This document shows positions 32,838 through 63,989 of a stretch of DNA of 64,000 nt, piece by piece (within the stretch, counting starts at the first letter, position 1; the number at the start of each line of letters is the position of its first letter). The notes below the pieces were generated by a model. That model did no database searches, had not been told where the DNA came from, and saw only the letters and a program-made list of their open reading frames with translations. The translations under genes and the position numbers were made by a program. Location: positions 207,641 through 271,640 of the forward strand of contig CAVNZM010000009.1 in the NCBI GenBank assembly GCA_963693365.1. Direction: 5' to 3'. Source of the DNA: Amoebidium appalachense (Eukaryota > Protista > Ichthyosporea).

Positions 32838-34013
32838 TTACATTAACGTTCTACTGTGTGGGGGGCAGCTACTCGCGGCAGTCGAGCCTTGTGCCTCCTT
32901 CGGCACGGCGAGCTGGGCCTTCCACTGCCTTAACCTCTCGCTTAAGGTGGTGCCTACGCTATACAGCGACCTCCTATCCAGCAACCTATCCTTGATGTTT
33001 GCCGGCTTGTACGGCACAAAGTCTGGGCCCACTATGTCGGGTAGGGGTGGGGGTTTACTCCTCCTTCTCCTCCTGTGCACACACAGTGCAATAATCCCTA
33101 TTCCTGCCGTGGCCGCCACTGCTCCAGCAACCAACCCAATCACTGCTCCTGCTGTCATACCCGCCGGAGCAGGAGATGCTGTTTGGTCTGCTGGTAGCGT
33201 GTGGATGGGTGAGGGGGGAGTGTTGGAAGCCGTGGCGGTTGCCATGGGGGAGGCACTGGCTGAGGGCTGTAGGACGACGGGGGTCTCTTGGAAGGAGGCC
33301 CACAGAGCATCAAACCAGGCCGTGCCGCTAGCGCTGTTGTTGTTGTCGTGTGCAAACACGCACTGCACCGTCAGACCTACAAACGGCCGGCGTGGCTCGA
33401 CCCTGAGCGTCACACTGACCCACACCCAGCTGCCCGGTATGCCCTCGAAGGTCTGTGTGTATGTGCTGTTGCTGCCGTCGTCATAGACAACATTAACCAC
33501 CAGAGCATGCGATGACGGGTTGTTTGGCTCGAAGGGAAAGGCTAGGTCGTCGAACATGGCGTACCCACGCACGAAAAGTGATCGTGTAGTTGCCTGGGGC
33601 AGAGTAATGGTCTGTGATACGCCCCCCCAGCCCCCTGTTGGTGCACTAACACGTGCTGCCGTTACACCGAAATAATACTCTGTGTGGTCGAGCTCATAGC
33701 CCAGGCCAATGGGCTCCCACACCCGTGCCTCCGGGCACTCAAAGCTTCCATCCACCAGGAGGTTTTCGCTACTCCGCACGCCATCACTCAGACTGCTGCA
33801 GTTTACTGCGGGCACAGCGGGCGCGGAGGACTCTTCCAAGCCCGCCCACAGCACCCTGTTTGTTGGGGTTTCATCATCTTCCGCTGGTGCGGGCGCGATT
33901 TCGGGCACACTCGTGGGTGAGAGGAGAGGCACGGAGCGTGCGTGTGGGTATGCCTCCACGGCCACGGCCGAACACAGGGCCGTGAGGGCACACAGGCGCA
34001 GCAGCGTGGCCAT
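32838..34013 (-). CDS. Single-exon type I membrane protein with a galactose-binding/CBM4_9-like ectodomain (391 aa)
   Basis: Clean high-complexity ORF with an N-terminal signal peptide (MATLLRLCALTALCSAVAVEA). It has ENLLVDGSFE, GGVSQTITL and GTAWFDAL motifs typical of CBM4_9-like beta-sandwiches, a P/S/T/A linker, a TM helix (AVIGLVAG...IIALCV), an RRRRR stop-transfer and a cytoplasmic tail. Confidence 0.8.
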   Translation of the reverse strand: MATLLRLCALTALCSAVAVEAYPHARSVPLLSPTSVPEIAPAPAEDDETPTNRVLWAGLEESSAPAVPAVNCSSLSDGVRSSENLLVDGSFECPEARVWEPIGLGYELDHTEYYFGVTAARVSAPTGGWGGVSQTITLPQATTRSLFVRGYAMFDDLAFPFEPNNPSSHALVVNVVYDDGSNSTYTQTFEGIPGSWVWVSVTLRVEPRRPFVGLTVQCVFAHDNNNSASGTAWFDALWASFQETPVVLQPSASASPMATATASNTPPSPIHTLPADQTASPAPAGMTAGAVIGLVAGAVAATAGIGIIALCVHRRRRRSKPPPLPDIVGPDFVPYKPANIKDRLLDRRSLYSVGTTLSERLRQWKAQLAVPKEAQGSTAASSCPPHSRTLM

Positions 34014-35942
34014 GGGCCCAAAGTGGGGGGACCGGGAGGCCTGCTGCTGCTTCTGACTAAAAAAAGAGCGACTACTACTGGTATGGGGTCACGTGAAAGA
34101 GGCAGAGGTTTGCGTCTTTGAAAGTGAAGGGTATGCAGGGGTGACTTGCAGAAGATTTGGTTGTGTAAATCTATGCCACCACCATTGTAAACAGTCAGGT
34201 AAACCTTTGAGGAATCCTTGATATCGCCCGTGTGTGTCAAACAAGACTAAACGAAAGGGAATCTATGTTTCTTATTTGCCCAGACAGCGTGTTCCTACGT
34301 GTGTCATGTATTTTCGTGTTTTGGTCAGTGTGCATAGCTATGAACGTAAATAAAAGTCTACAGTATTCATCTCGCGTGGCTACAGTGTTGCAGCGTGTGC
34401 GGTTTTCTTACAAGCAAGTTGTCTGGAAATGTAACTTGGGTCAGGAATCCCAGCTGTTGTTCTATCTATAGTCGAGTATTATGCGAGTAATACGTACTAA
34501 TACAAATAGTAGGCAATTAGTGTACTCGGTTGTGTGCGTCAGCTGTTCATAACTTCAAAGTAAACATCATCACGAACAGTGTTTCTGGACGACAACACAA
34601 AGTTTTCGTTTTCCCGGCTCCTGTGATTCCCGACAGATCAAGATGCCTAATTGATAGCAACCGTTTTCATCCATGAGATTTTGAGAACGGTACACTTTCA
34701 GGTCATGCCCATAATTTATTTCAGTGAAAAAGTATTCTATTTATTTAAAAACATACAACATACAACAACACATATATCAAGCATTTTTGAGAGAAATAGC
34801 CGTATTTATAACCATAAATATTCCCCAAAAGTAGATTTCAAATATAAATTTGTCGAAAAGTTGTTCGACCCCGGATAAATAAGTTTAGAAGGTAGCACGG
34901 TGTTTCCTGATTGGCTTCTCAGAGCCAATGCTATGATCCCCGACAACTTTAATCAAGTAGGCGGGGTACATCGACCGGAATCATAATAACATTGAATATC
35001 TAAATGATTTCCATTTAGTGTTCAGGTATATTAATATTTAGTATGCAATTGCTTTGCTTAACCCATAAAAAATATTTTATATGCTGTCTTTTATGTATGC
35101 CGTGCATACTTGCACCTCTGTTGGCTGCATAAATTCAGTCAAAAGAAAAAAATTCGGGCTTTTTCGTGAAACGAGCAAAATTTTCAAGCCATTCGTCTCA
35201 ACTTGCTCAAGGTGCCTACAGTGCTAGAGCTTGACCCAAATAATACAAAGAAATATTTCTTATTTTTCATAAAGTAATGTGGATTGCTTGGTATTCATAC
35301 AGAGGCTCACGCCCCCAGAATTCCCGGAAGAGCCTTGTTTGCAGCTTTCAAAAACATGAACTTTCGGTTTGCACCCACGTTTGCAGTCGGAAATCGAGGG
35401 GGGATTCACTGCTACTGACCAGCGCCCAATCATCAAGCTTGTTCGCACAGACACAAATATGTGCGCAGGAAAATGATTGGCTGTGATTTTACGGGGTTCG
35501 GTTTATAAATTATATCGGCTGACCGGCTCTCGTTTAGATTTTGTTTTCTCTCAATTCTCTATATTCTACTAAACGGTATTTATGCAAGTTTTGCCTGTTT
35601 ATGCACAAAAAATTGTCTGCACAGAAGATATTTAAGCACTTTTTGGATGACTAACTGTCTGTGATTCACGGGCACACGCGTACACACCTTTTTTTTTCGG
35701 CATATCAGACGCACGATTTTTACGCAACGGTAGGAATATGTCACACGTGTACATCGCCGTTGTTTACATCACGCGCTGGTCTGCCGGCACCGGGTACGGC
35801 AGCTTTCCTGTTCGAAGTGTGTGCATGCGCATGCCTTAACACAGCGATTTTTTTAGGCTAACGGGCACATGTGGAGAGTCATTTATATAAGTAGAAAGCC
35901 AGGGCAGCTTATATACGCGTCTAGCGCGGGCCCAACGCAAAC

Positions 35943-41233
<5,291 letters not shown>

Positions 41234-41361
41234 CTATAGATTAGAAGCGGTGTGGATGGTGGGTGCGTCCCAAATGCTGTTTGGAGGAGGTCTAGTGGCC
41301 ATGGGATGATGGCGCTCTGTTGTTTTGTGTTCTGTTGTGAGAACCTGTGTGTGCTCTGGGT

Positions 41362-41405
<44 letters not shown>

Positions 41406-42350
41406 GGGGGAGTAGGATATTTGGATATTTTGAATCGAAGGTGCTCTTTGTATGATATGAAGGCAAGAGAATGGCAGCTGTGTGACTGTCGAATGGCTGG
41501 GGGAGGGATACGTGGGTTTTACTTATCATGGAATGTAGACTGATTGGTATGGTGACATATGGATGCACGAATGAAAAAGAACCGGGTGTCCAGTTCTAAA
41601 TGATTATAATCATAATAAAGTAACACTTGGCAATATATAGCTCGAGCTCCACATGTTGCAAGACCGCAGCAAGTTAGGTCCGTGCGACGGATGCCCATAG
41701 GTATAGGCCCTTTTTTCACATAAAACGCCAAAAAAGCACAGTAATTGAACCATGACCCGTAGCTACGTGTGTTTGCTTGGCCCTAACCGTTTAAATTTGG
41801 GGCTGCCTCGGCCCCCCGGGCAATGCAACCCCCCGCTATATAGGGGCCCAGCCCCTTCATAATTTTATGTCGCTCGGGGACAGAACTTTTTCCCCCTGCT
41901 TTTACGTCCACGGATCGTTTTGGTCCAATCAGGTGCGTGTGAGGTCCGTCGTAAAAAACAAAGTGGACTGCGCAGCTGCATGCCCCCCCCTCTCCCCCCT
42001 CCCGCCCCCAAACACACACACACACACGTATGCATGTACACACCACCTCTGAAGGTCAAGCCAATGCCTAGCCGCTCAAGATCTTCAGTCATTCGGAATG
42101 ATTATTGGGACGGTGTGGGCCAGCCACGGGGCAGCCAATCAGACCAGGCGGTGATTGCCATTGGTCCATCTGGCCGCCGACCATATTTAGAAGGGTGGGG
42201 TGAATTCAACCCCCCCCACACTAGCATCGGAGGACTAGCGCTAAGAACTAAACCTTTCACGTATGTGTGGTGTACATGTGTCGAGGTCTAATGCCCATAT
42301 ATGTACATGTGTAATCAGCAGTGTGGTGTGGTCACGTGGTGTGCACGTGT

Positions 42351-43600
42351 TTATGCATTCTGGAAGACCTTCTTGACGTTCTCGAAGACCGTGTCTGGGT
42401 CGTCCACAGCCGAAACCGTCCTGACCATGCCCTTCTCCTCAAAGTACTGTGTGCATGAGTGGTGTGAGTACTGCGTGCATGATTGGTGGCAAGCATGTAC
42501 TGTGTGCAAAGCATGTACTGTGTGCATGAATGGTGTGAGTACTGTGTGCATGCTTGGCGGCAAGCATGTACTGTGTGCAAAGCATGTACCGTGTGCATGA
42601 GTGGTGTGAGTGCTGACGTTCTGTGTGCATAAGTGGTATAGGTGCTGTTTGCTAGAATGGTGCAAAGACAATACTGTGTGCATGAGTGCTGCGTGCAAGA
42701 ATGGTGCAAAACAAGTACTGTGTGATGAGTGGCGCCAATCAAGTACTGTATGCATGGATGGTGCTTGAATGTACCGTGTGCATGAGTGGTGCTAGTAACT
42801 TGTGTGCTTGTGTTTGAGTGGTACCAAGTAAATACAGTGTACATAAGTGGTATAAGTGCTGCATGCAAGCGCGGTGCAAAGAAAGTACTGTGTGCATGGG
42901 TTGTGGAAATAGTGCAATTGCTGCGCGCGCGAATGTTAAAAGAGCTGTGTGCATCACAAGCACTATGTGCACAAGTCGTGTAAATACTTTATGCAGAATT
43001 GCGCAATTCTGTATGCGTAAATGGGGGAAGGGCTTTGTGCAATAAGAATATAAGACCGTGTGCCGTATACCGTGTGCATGAATGGTGCAAATGCTGTGTG
43101 CATCAGTACCCAACACATGTGTGCATGAATAGGGTAAGAGCGTTGTGGGTGAATGGCTCAATTCTTGTGTGTTCAAATCGTGCAAAGCCATTGCTGTGTA
43201 CACCAATCTTGTAAGTGCTTTGCACCTGCATCATGCACATACTGTGTGCACCAATCTTGTAAGTGCTTTGCACATGCATCATGCACATACTGTGTGCATG
43301 CATGGCACACAGCAAGTACTGTATGCACGTGCGCTCTTGCCCACAAACACACATGCAAGCACGTGCACAGACCTTGATGATTGGCTGTGTGCTGCTGGTG
43401 TAAGTCTGGTAGCGCTTGCGGAAGGATTCGATGTTGTCGTCACTGCGCCCACTGGTCTCCCCACGCTTCATTGCACGTGCAAGGCACACCTTTGGGGGGG
43501 GGGGGGGGGGGGTAGAATTCGTTAGAAAATGAAATGAAAACATTCACAATGGATAATACAGTGCAGCTTTTAGAGCACAGGGTTAGGGTTTAGGGTTAAG

Positions 43601-43631
<31 letters not shown>

Positions 43632-43852
43632 TGAACGACAACGAAAAGTGAGCCTGATACAAGAGCACAAGACACACCATAAGCCATCATAAGCAGAGCC
43701 CATCCTCAAGGGGAGGGGGGGGAGGGGGGGGGGGGAGGGGGGGGGGGGGGGGGGCTGCTTAGTGAACGACAACGAAAAGTGAGCCTGATAGTGGCACAGA
43801 CAAGTGTACAAAGAAGGCAACCCACTGCTGGGTGTTCAATGGGTAGGCAGAT

Positions 43853-43891
<39 letters not shown>

Positions 43892-44004
43892 CTAGGCTGG
43901 GCAGGGGATACAACATTTGGAACAGGCGGGCTCCTGCGGCTGTACATGCATGAATCGACCCGAATGTAGAAACAGGAAGCCAGTCTGTTGGAAAGAAGCA
44001 GGGA

Positions 44005-44039
<35 letters not shown>

Positions 44040-45148
44040 AAGGGGGCAGTGGAGGATGGGGAGAAACAGGGAGGGGGTGGGGGCAAAGATGGTACTTTGT
44101 AGGCACCTGTGTCACAGTGAACTCTCAAGACGATGAAGATGGTAAGTGGTAGAAGCAGGAGAAGAAAAGGGAGGGCTCCTTACCCAGCCAGAGGGGGTAA
44201 GGAGAAGGGGGAGAAGAGGTGCATAAAAAATGCACGGTAAAGGAATCGGAATGATTGGCATAAAAAGTTGCATCAAAACGCACACACCTCCTCTGGGCAC
44301 TCGAAGAAGAGCACAAACCGAACCTTGGCCTTGCCATCCATCTCCCTAAACCACCCGTCCAGGTTGTCGCGGTTGCGGGGGAACCCATCCACAAGGAAGT
44401 TGAACTCACCACTCTTCTCCATCGCCTAGAAGCCGCACATATCGGGTCAGTCCGCATTATCAATCATCCCCCCTCCCCCCCCCCCTTCACCCTTCTCCCC
44501 TCCCCCCGCCAAAAAATAAGGGGAAAAAAAAAAAGAAGAAGAAGAAGAAGAAGAAGAAGAAAAACAAAAAACAACGGTTGCCACACATGCGCAGTATAGC
44601 ATACAAGTGGTCATAAACCATGCCCCAAGTGCTAAAACGTAGCCTGAGGGCAAGGGCAACGGCAGTGCACTATTCATCTACCCACACTGCGAGCAAGTAG
44701 ACTCACCCACTCTGATCAATCAAAAAAAAACCGTGTCCGCTACTATCGTTCCCACTACCCCGTAAAATATCACATGCAACACAACACCTCCCTCACTCCT
44801 GCTTGACCCCAAAGACACTCAGTCATCCGTGTCTGTTTTCTCATCCCCCCCCCTTCCCCCCAACCCCCCACCCCACCCCCTTTTTCCAGGAGGGCACGAG
44901 ACTCTTTGCTCTATCGCCAGAAATTCTCCCCGCACATATACTGATCACTTTCCGGCCTCCCCCTTCTTCCCTGCACCCCCACCCAGCAACTTCACCACAA
45001 ATCTGCCTCTGCCCATCCGCCGCTTCTCCCCCCCCCCCCTCCCCCCCCCCCCCCCCAAAAAAAAAAAAGGAAGAGAAAAAATAAACACCCTCCACTCTTA
45101 CCTCAGCTTCCCCCCTCATCCTAAACACCTCCCCCACACCCTCCCCCC

Positions 45149-45195
<47 letters not shown>

Positions 45196-45209
45196 CCCAT
45201 CCACACACA

Positions 45210-45254
<45 letters not shown>

Positions 45255-47012
45255 GCTGGATCAGGCGGATGGTGATCTCCACGGGCACAATCTGGCCATT
45301 GCGGATGTAGTTCTCTGCAGGCCACAGTCAGCACCAGGAAACACACAGGCCATATGCAGGTGAGACAGTGTGTGTTTTTTGTTGTACGTGCAGTAGGAGT
45401 AAAGGTTGGGTGGGAAGAAATGGGGGAAGGGTGGGAGGGGGGGGGGAGGGGGGGGGAGGAGGGGGAGGGGGGGGGGGGGGGGGGGGGGGGAGTAGTTGCT
45501 GGTTTGTGTGCTTGTCAGCAAGACAATAATGCATTCGGCATTACTGAGTGTGCTTGTTGCGGCGTAGTTGGATGTGTAAGAAGGCATGCGGCAGATTTAG
45601 CACGGCGGGTCACACAATAACCCCCACCCACTCCGTCTCCACGCTCCAACCATTTCCGCTCCTCCTTACCAGCCCTACTTCAGCTACCCCCCCCCCCCCC
45701 TCCCCCCATCCCCTCAAGCCTTCTACTCTCTGTTTCATTCCACAAACCCCCCCCTCCCCACCCATTCACACACACACACACATTCACACACACACCCCGA
45801 CCCCACACACCTACCATTCCCCCACCCGCACTCACAGAGCCCCACCCAAAAACCAACAGGAAGAGAGGAAGCAGGAGCCCACATGACTAAGCTCTTCTCA
45901 ACCTCAACACAGGTCTCCCCCCCCCACCCCCCCCTCCCCCCTCCGCCCTCCGCCCCCTCCCTGAATCAGTCCTCCCTCATCCATCCCGCCATCACGCACC
46001 AATAAGGTCGCCGTTAGCCGAGCCACTCTGTCTCTCCTCGCGCAGAAGATCACCAGCAGACAAGTGCACATAGCCAAACTCCTGAGTGGGTAGGACTGTC
46101 AGAGACGGTGAAGAGAGGAGGACGGGAAGAGGGGGAGATTGGTAGCAGTAAGGAGTGGGAGGCATGGAAAAAGGGTGCAGGGGGGGAAGGGGGGGGGTGG
46201 GAGGAAAAAAATAAAGTGGTGAGGGAGACAACGGAGTAGTAGAGGGGGGGGGGGGGGGGGAGGGGGGAAGGGGGGAGGCGGGGATGAGGGGGAAGGAGCG
46301 AGGGCCACCCAGCAGAAAGAAGGACTGTGTGTGCCTGCACCGCGTGTTCCGCTCAGCTGGTGCGTGTTAGAAGCCATATCGAATGCTATAACAGCAGCTC
46401 TGTGTTAGACGAGGTAAGAGGTGGCCAAGCACTGGCTCGTGTCTTTTCATTGCAAAGAATGGGCAGGCGAAAAATGCACCCACCTCGACGATTCTGGCGC
46501 ACTGCGTACCCTTGCCGGCACCGGGACCGCCCAGAACAAACACCGTGTTGTACATGTTGACCTTGGGTGCCTGGGGGGAAGAGGTGGGGAAGGGGGGGAG
46601 GAGGGAAAGGGAAGGGGGCGTGGGGTCAGGAGGCTGCACACAAAGACGAAGGGAGGGTTGGGGGTGGATGGACCAACAGGGGACTGGTGCAAGGCAGGGA
46701 AGAAGGGTGATGAGGGGGTGGCAGCCATGCAACGGTGGGGGGAAGACACTGCAAAGAAAGAACGAGGCAGTGAATGGAAGGGCCGGGAATATGGGTTTTC
46801 AGCAGACCAGTGGAGCCGGGGGGAAGAAATTGGGGGGGGAGGGGGCCTGGTGGAGGGGGGGGGGAGGAGGAGGGGGGGAGCAAAAAAGGAGGGGGAAGGA
46901 GGGGATGTCAAATGTGCAATAGACTGGCTACCTTAGGGGCGGGTGTAGGGGCTACAGTAGGTTTTGAAAGGCGTTTAAAGAGGTTGGAAGCGTTCTGGGC
47001 ACAGCTGTTCAT
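42351..47012 (-). CDS. CMPK1: UMP-CMP kinase
   Basis: Exons 47012-46932 (tentative), 46570-46484, 46081-46000, 45314-45253, 44425-44288, 43489-43373, 42446-42351. Motifs: VFVLGGPGAGKGTQC, HLSAGDLLREE, NYIRNGQIVPVEITI, FLVDGFPRNRDN, SGRSDDNIESFRKR. Confidence 0.93.
42447..43372 (-). repeat. Degenerate minisatellite filling the last CMPK1 intron
   Basis: Many variants of plus-strand GTACTGTGTGCATGA/GTGGTG; also a ~48-bp duplication near 43200-43295. Confidence 0.75.
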
Positions 47013-48401
47013 GGTGACAGAAAAAGGAGGGGGCAGGGGGAGGGTTGGTGGGTGTGTGGGCACACAGCGAACGGTGGTGGTTGCTAAGGAGTAGCAGGGA
47101 TGCAGGTGATTGGCGACTTGATTATGTTTAGCCATATATGGTTATAATGCTATTAGGTCGAATCAGATGCCGTGATCTGAAGCCAATAGCATCCTGATTC
47201 CGGGATTCGCAATCTCGCGAGGCTGACTTTGCTCCTGAGCGCGAACAGTGAACACCTCAACGTTGGGTGCGGGCTCAACTTGAAGAGTCGAGACGGTTGC
47301 AAAAAACACGACAAAATACCAGCTAGGCTGCTGTAGATACGCCTACGACAGCTCTGGTGTTATTTAGAATAATGCAAAGAGATTGCACGAGTTTTGTGCA
47401 CCACGACATCTATCCATGTATGGCCTTCCGGTATGCCTGACCGACTGTCTTGAAGGACAGAAAAATAGCTTATCACCGTTTCTTACGGTTTGGCCTACCA
47501 AACCGTAAAAAAAATAACGTGATTGAAGCACACACACGAACACGTGTTTCTTCCCGCTTTTCCAACCCCTGTGTGGCAAGTGCTTTCATTTGTTGGCTGT
47601 ACATGTGTAAGCCTATGCACGGACTGGGAATGAATAGATTTGGTGGGATGCTTACACACGGCCAGATCATACCCTCACGCTGTAACAAATGAATAGAACC
47701 AAGCTGTCGGCCCACACTCAGCCCAACCCTGTGCTCTCTTTGCCTTTCGCCCTCATCTTGTAGCTTCGAGGAGCCCATTAGTTTTCACGCCACCACATTT
47801 CAGCTACGCAAAGTTGCAATGGCAATTTTCTGCCATTTGCATGCACTGATGACCCACCACATCAACAACTGAAACGCCGGTGCGTAGCGTTAGCATGCGG
47901 CCTTCAAGTGGCTCTTTGCCATTTGTGTGTGTGTTGACTAGCCCACATCACTGGTTGCCGCTTTCCCAGCTCCCCCCTAGATCTCTCCCACACCTTCTCC
48001 GCCTGGCTACTGTGCAGGCACACATGGACACATCAGCACCCCACTTTAGGCACAAACATTCGTCTCCACACTCGTCCCCTCTACCTACATTTGCACCAAT
48101 ATCCCACACACACCCAGGCCGGGAGGCCAGCTGTTTACATAAGATGTTCTTCCGCTGCGTGCCTCCGCGTACGCGGCACCGTCAACGAGCTCGGCTCGTT
48201 GTGAGCCTCCCAGTGGGGCGATTACATAATCATGTACTCAGCGGGACCCTGAGTTCACAGGGACGCTGTTTGTTTTGACAGCCCCCTCCCACCACAAGTA
48301 CTGTGATACATATTTTTTGCAGGTTTTGCAGGCTATTTTACTTGGTATTTTACTTGTTAGTGGTCTAAGTAAAGCTCCTTACACCCTGTGCGCACGGCAC
48401 C

Positions 48402-60687
<12,286 letters not shown>

Positions 60688-60870
60688 CCCGAAATTATGG
60701 TTCATCGGGCGGCAGGAAACAGATTTACACGTGTACATGCAGAAGGGAGAACGGCAGTATTTTCGAAAATGATTTTGGACACTGTGGTGTATATTTGCAG
60801 GCATGTTGGAGTGCCTTTTCCCTCTTCTTCTTCTTCTTCTTCTTCTTCTTCTTCTTTTTTTTTTTTTTTT

Positions 60871-60920
<50 letters not shown>

Positions 60921-61218
60921 ATGGTGATTGGGGGGCTTCCAGATTCTATGAATTGGATTTGATTAGGCAATGCACGTAGGATATGATGCAAATAGTTTGA
61001 AAATCGTGAATGGTGGTGAGATTTGGTACAAGAAAATATGTCCACAAAGGCCCTGGTTTTGGGCATGTACATATGTTTGCACCAATGCTGTGAAGGTGCG
61101 CAGGTTTAAAGGACTGCAACTGAATAACAATGTGATGTACAGTTTCTTATGGCCCCATACCAAATGATCCGTACGTGTTTTCTGGCGTGCCAAACAACCC
61201 AACCCCGGCTTGCAATAA

Positions 61219-61353
<135 letters not shown>

Positions 61354-62539
61354 TACACACACACACACACACACACAAACATACACACACACACACACAC
61401 CACATTACCCCCTCCCCCCCCCCCCCCCCCTCCCCCCCCCCCCCCCCCCTTCCCCCTCCCTTCTCCTGACCCCCTCCCCCTACGTATACTCCCCCACCCT
61501 CCCCTTTCACCCTCTCCTCACTATTGTTTTCCCCTTCACACCTCCACCCAGCATGCCCGCTGCCCCATATTGTTATCTGTGTTGCTGCTTGCATGTTTAG
61601 TACTATGTAAAGGATGCTGCCGTATGTGGCTAGTGCTGGGCCCTTAGTGCTTTGTGCATGCAATGAGTGTTAAGATACCGTCTGCAAAGACACAATATAC
61701 AGAATTGGCACACTTCTCCGACCCCCCCCCCCCCCTCCCCCCCCATTTTTTTTTCCGGGAGAGAAGGGAGGGAGAAGGGTGCACGTGGGGGGGAAGTTCT
61801 TTGTCCGAGCCCACCGTACTATGTATGAAAACACTTCACAACACACATGGATCTAGGAAAGGGGCCGCAAAGTGACCCACAAATTCAACAGTTTAGCCCT
61901 GCATACATCTGTACGTGTGCATGTATGTGGGCACTATGTTTGTAGGCATGCTCGTGTGAGCCATGTGTGTGGTAGTTTGTGCAAGTGTGCAACCTGTTGT
62001 GTGAGATATGCTGTCTCAGGTGTTAGAACTTGTGCCTGTCATACCCACGGGGCCCATGGTGATTAGTAAGCTAGTTAAGGGCTTGTGTGGGCGTCACCAA
62101 TCCTGGTTCACTGATAAGTACGCCCTCACAGAAGGCCGAAGATGCATTCAAAGGTGTGTCCAGGCTTCCAGAGCTGGATTTTGCTTTCAAGATAGGAGCT
62201 AATACTAACACGGGGTGTGTACAAATACAGGCCTACTTGTGTGGGTTGCTTTAACAATAAAAATCGGCCTTGCGCAAGGGGCTCAGTGACCACTAAACAA
62301 AAGCCTCTTAAAGGAGCATGCTTATGATGTTTATGCATGCCAATCCCTTGTGTGACCAAATGGGTCATTATGCAGTGTGTGTGAACTTGACGTGTGTTCC
62401 TGTTACAAATTACAAAGAGTGCATGGGGAGCATTCGACCATGAGTTCGTACTGAGATTCGAAATGAAAGAAAAAACAAGTGACAAATACATACATGAATG
62501 AAATAAATAGAAAAAATGTTATGTTCAATTTCATACGGG

Positions 62540-62641
62540 TCAAAGGGAGAGCCAGCTGGAAGCTTGTGCAGCCTTCAGCAGGGCTTGGAAGATGTCGCTC
62601 TTGATGAACCGCGGATAGCTGTCCTTGTTCATCAGCTGGGT

Positions 62642-62687
<46 letters not shown>

Positions 62688-62868
62688 GGAAAGGGGAGGG
62701 TTTGGTTAATGAAGTGGGGGGGGGGGGGGGGAGGGGGGAGAAATAGAGACACGATCATTAGAATATATGGCTGTGGGCCATGAATCATTCAAGATTGTTG
62801 TCAATTGTGCTTGGACACCCGAGGGGGAGGGGGGGGGGGGGAGGAAAGGGGAGGGTTTGGTTAATGAA

Positions 62869-62942
<74 letters not shown>

Positions 62943-63323
62943 AATAGAGACACGATCATTAGAATATATGGCTGTGGGCCATGAATCATTCAAGATTGTT
63001 GTCAATTGTGCTTGGACACCCGAGGGGGAGGGGGGGGGGGGGGGGGTTAGAGAGGTACTAAAAAGATGGGGGGAAGAGCGAGCGGTTAGTGTGTGCGTGC
63101 GTGTGCGTGTGTGCGTCTGCGTGTGTGCTCGTGTGTGTGTGCGTGTGTGTGTGCGTGTGTATGTGCAGGCGTACACGCCCGTGTGCGCTGGAACCCAATC
63201 TTGTGTGCTTATGGGTTCAGGTGAGGTTACAACTTGTAGCTCAGGGGCACGTGAATTGGTTTGTCTAAATTTGTGGCCGAGCCATTGTGTGTGTGGCACG
63301 TACGGGAGGAGTTAGGTGGATGG

Positions 63324-63401
<78 letters not shown>

Positions 63402-63989
63402 AGTGGGTGTAGTGCATACATACCTCGAAGATAGCAGCCTGAGCGGGGTCGAAGATATTTGGGTGCAGCTGCTGGTCCAGAATCTGCCGGCAGATGGAAT
63501 TTCGCACATCCGCTGGGATGTTGATCTGGGGGGGTCCATGGCATCATGGATGTAAGCACATGGCTCATGGGGTAGATTCATGTGATAGTGTGGTGGTGGC
63601 CTGCATGGGCTAAGAGAGGCCTAGCAGGGCTGGGCGGGATGCGAAGAGAGATGGGGGCTAGGTGAAATCGATCCTACCGAGCTAACAGTGATGCTACCAG
63701 GTAATAATGGCGTGCTTTGCATGGAGGACGCCAGACTCGGAAACCAGGGAGAAAAGAGAGAAGACACAGGGGGTTGGGCCGGGGAGGGAGGGAAGGGAGG
63801 GGGTGGGGCGGGGGCGGGGGGGGGGGATAGATCCAAAAACACGCTGCAAAAAGTACTCTAAAGCCGATAACATACACATGAACTCTACCTCGTGGGGTGC
63901 TGTTGGGTGCAGATATGCCACGTAGATGGCCCTGATGGCCTGCTTGAGCTCCCGCCCCTCCGCCCGAGACACCCGCAGATCCTCGCATG
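62540..63989 (-). CDS. RGS-domain protein (3' part; continues beyond the window)
   Basis: Exons 63989-63889, 63525-63424 and 62635-62540 give ACEDLR...IRAIYVAYLHPTAPHE|INIPADVRNSI...IFDPAQAAIFE|LMNKDSYPRFIKSDIF. This matches RGS hallmarks (ACE.F, AP.EINI, FD.AQ..I..LM..DSYPRF). Confidence 0.92.
62686..63040. repeat. Direct duplication of ~155-200 bp between poly-G runs in an RGS intron
   Basis: GAGGAAAGGGGAGGGTTTGGTTAATGAAG...GAAATAGAGACACG...GGACACCCGAGGGGG occurs twice, identical outside the G runs. Could be an assembly artefact. Confidence 0.8.

Noticed and set aside
43579-43602. Telomere-like GGGTTAGGGTTTAGGGTTAAGGG
   Set aside because: Only about three degenerate units inside a G-rich intron.
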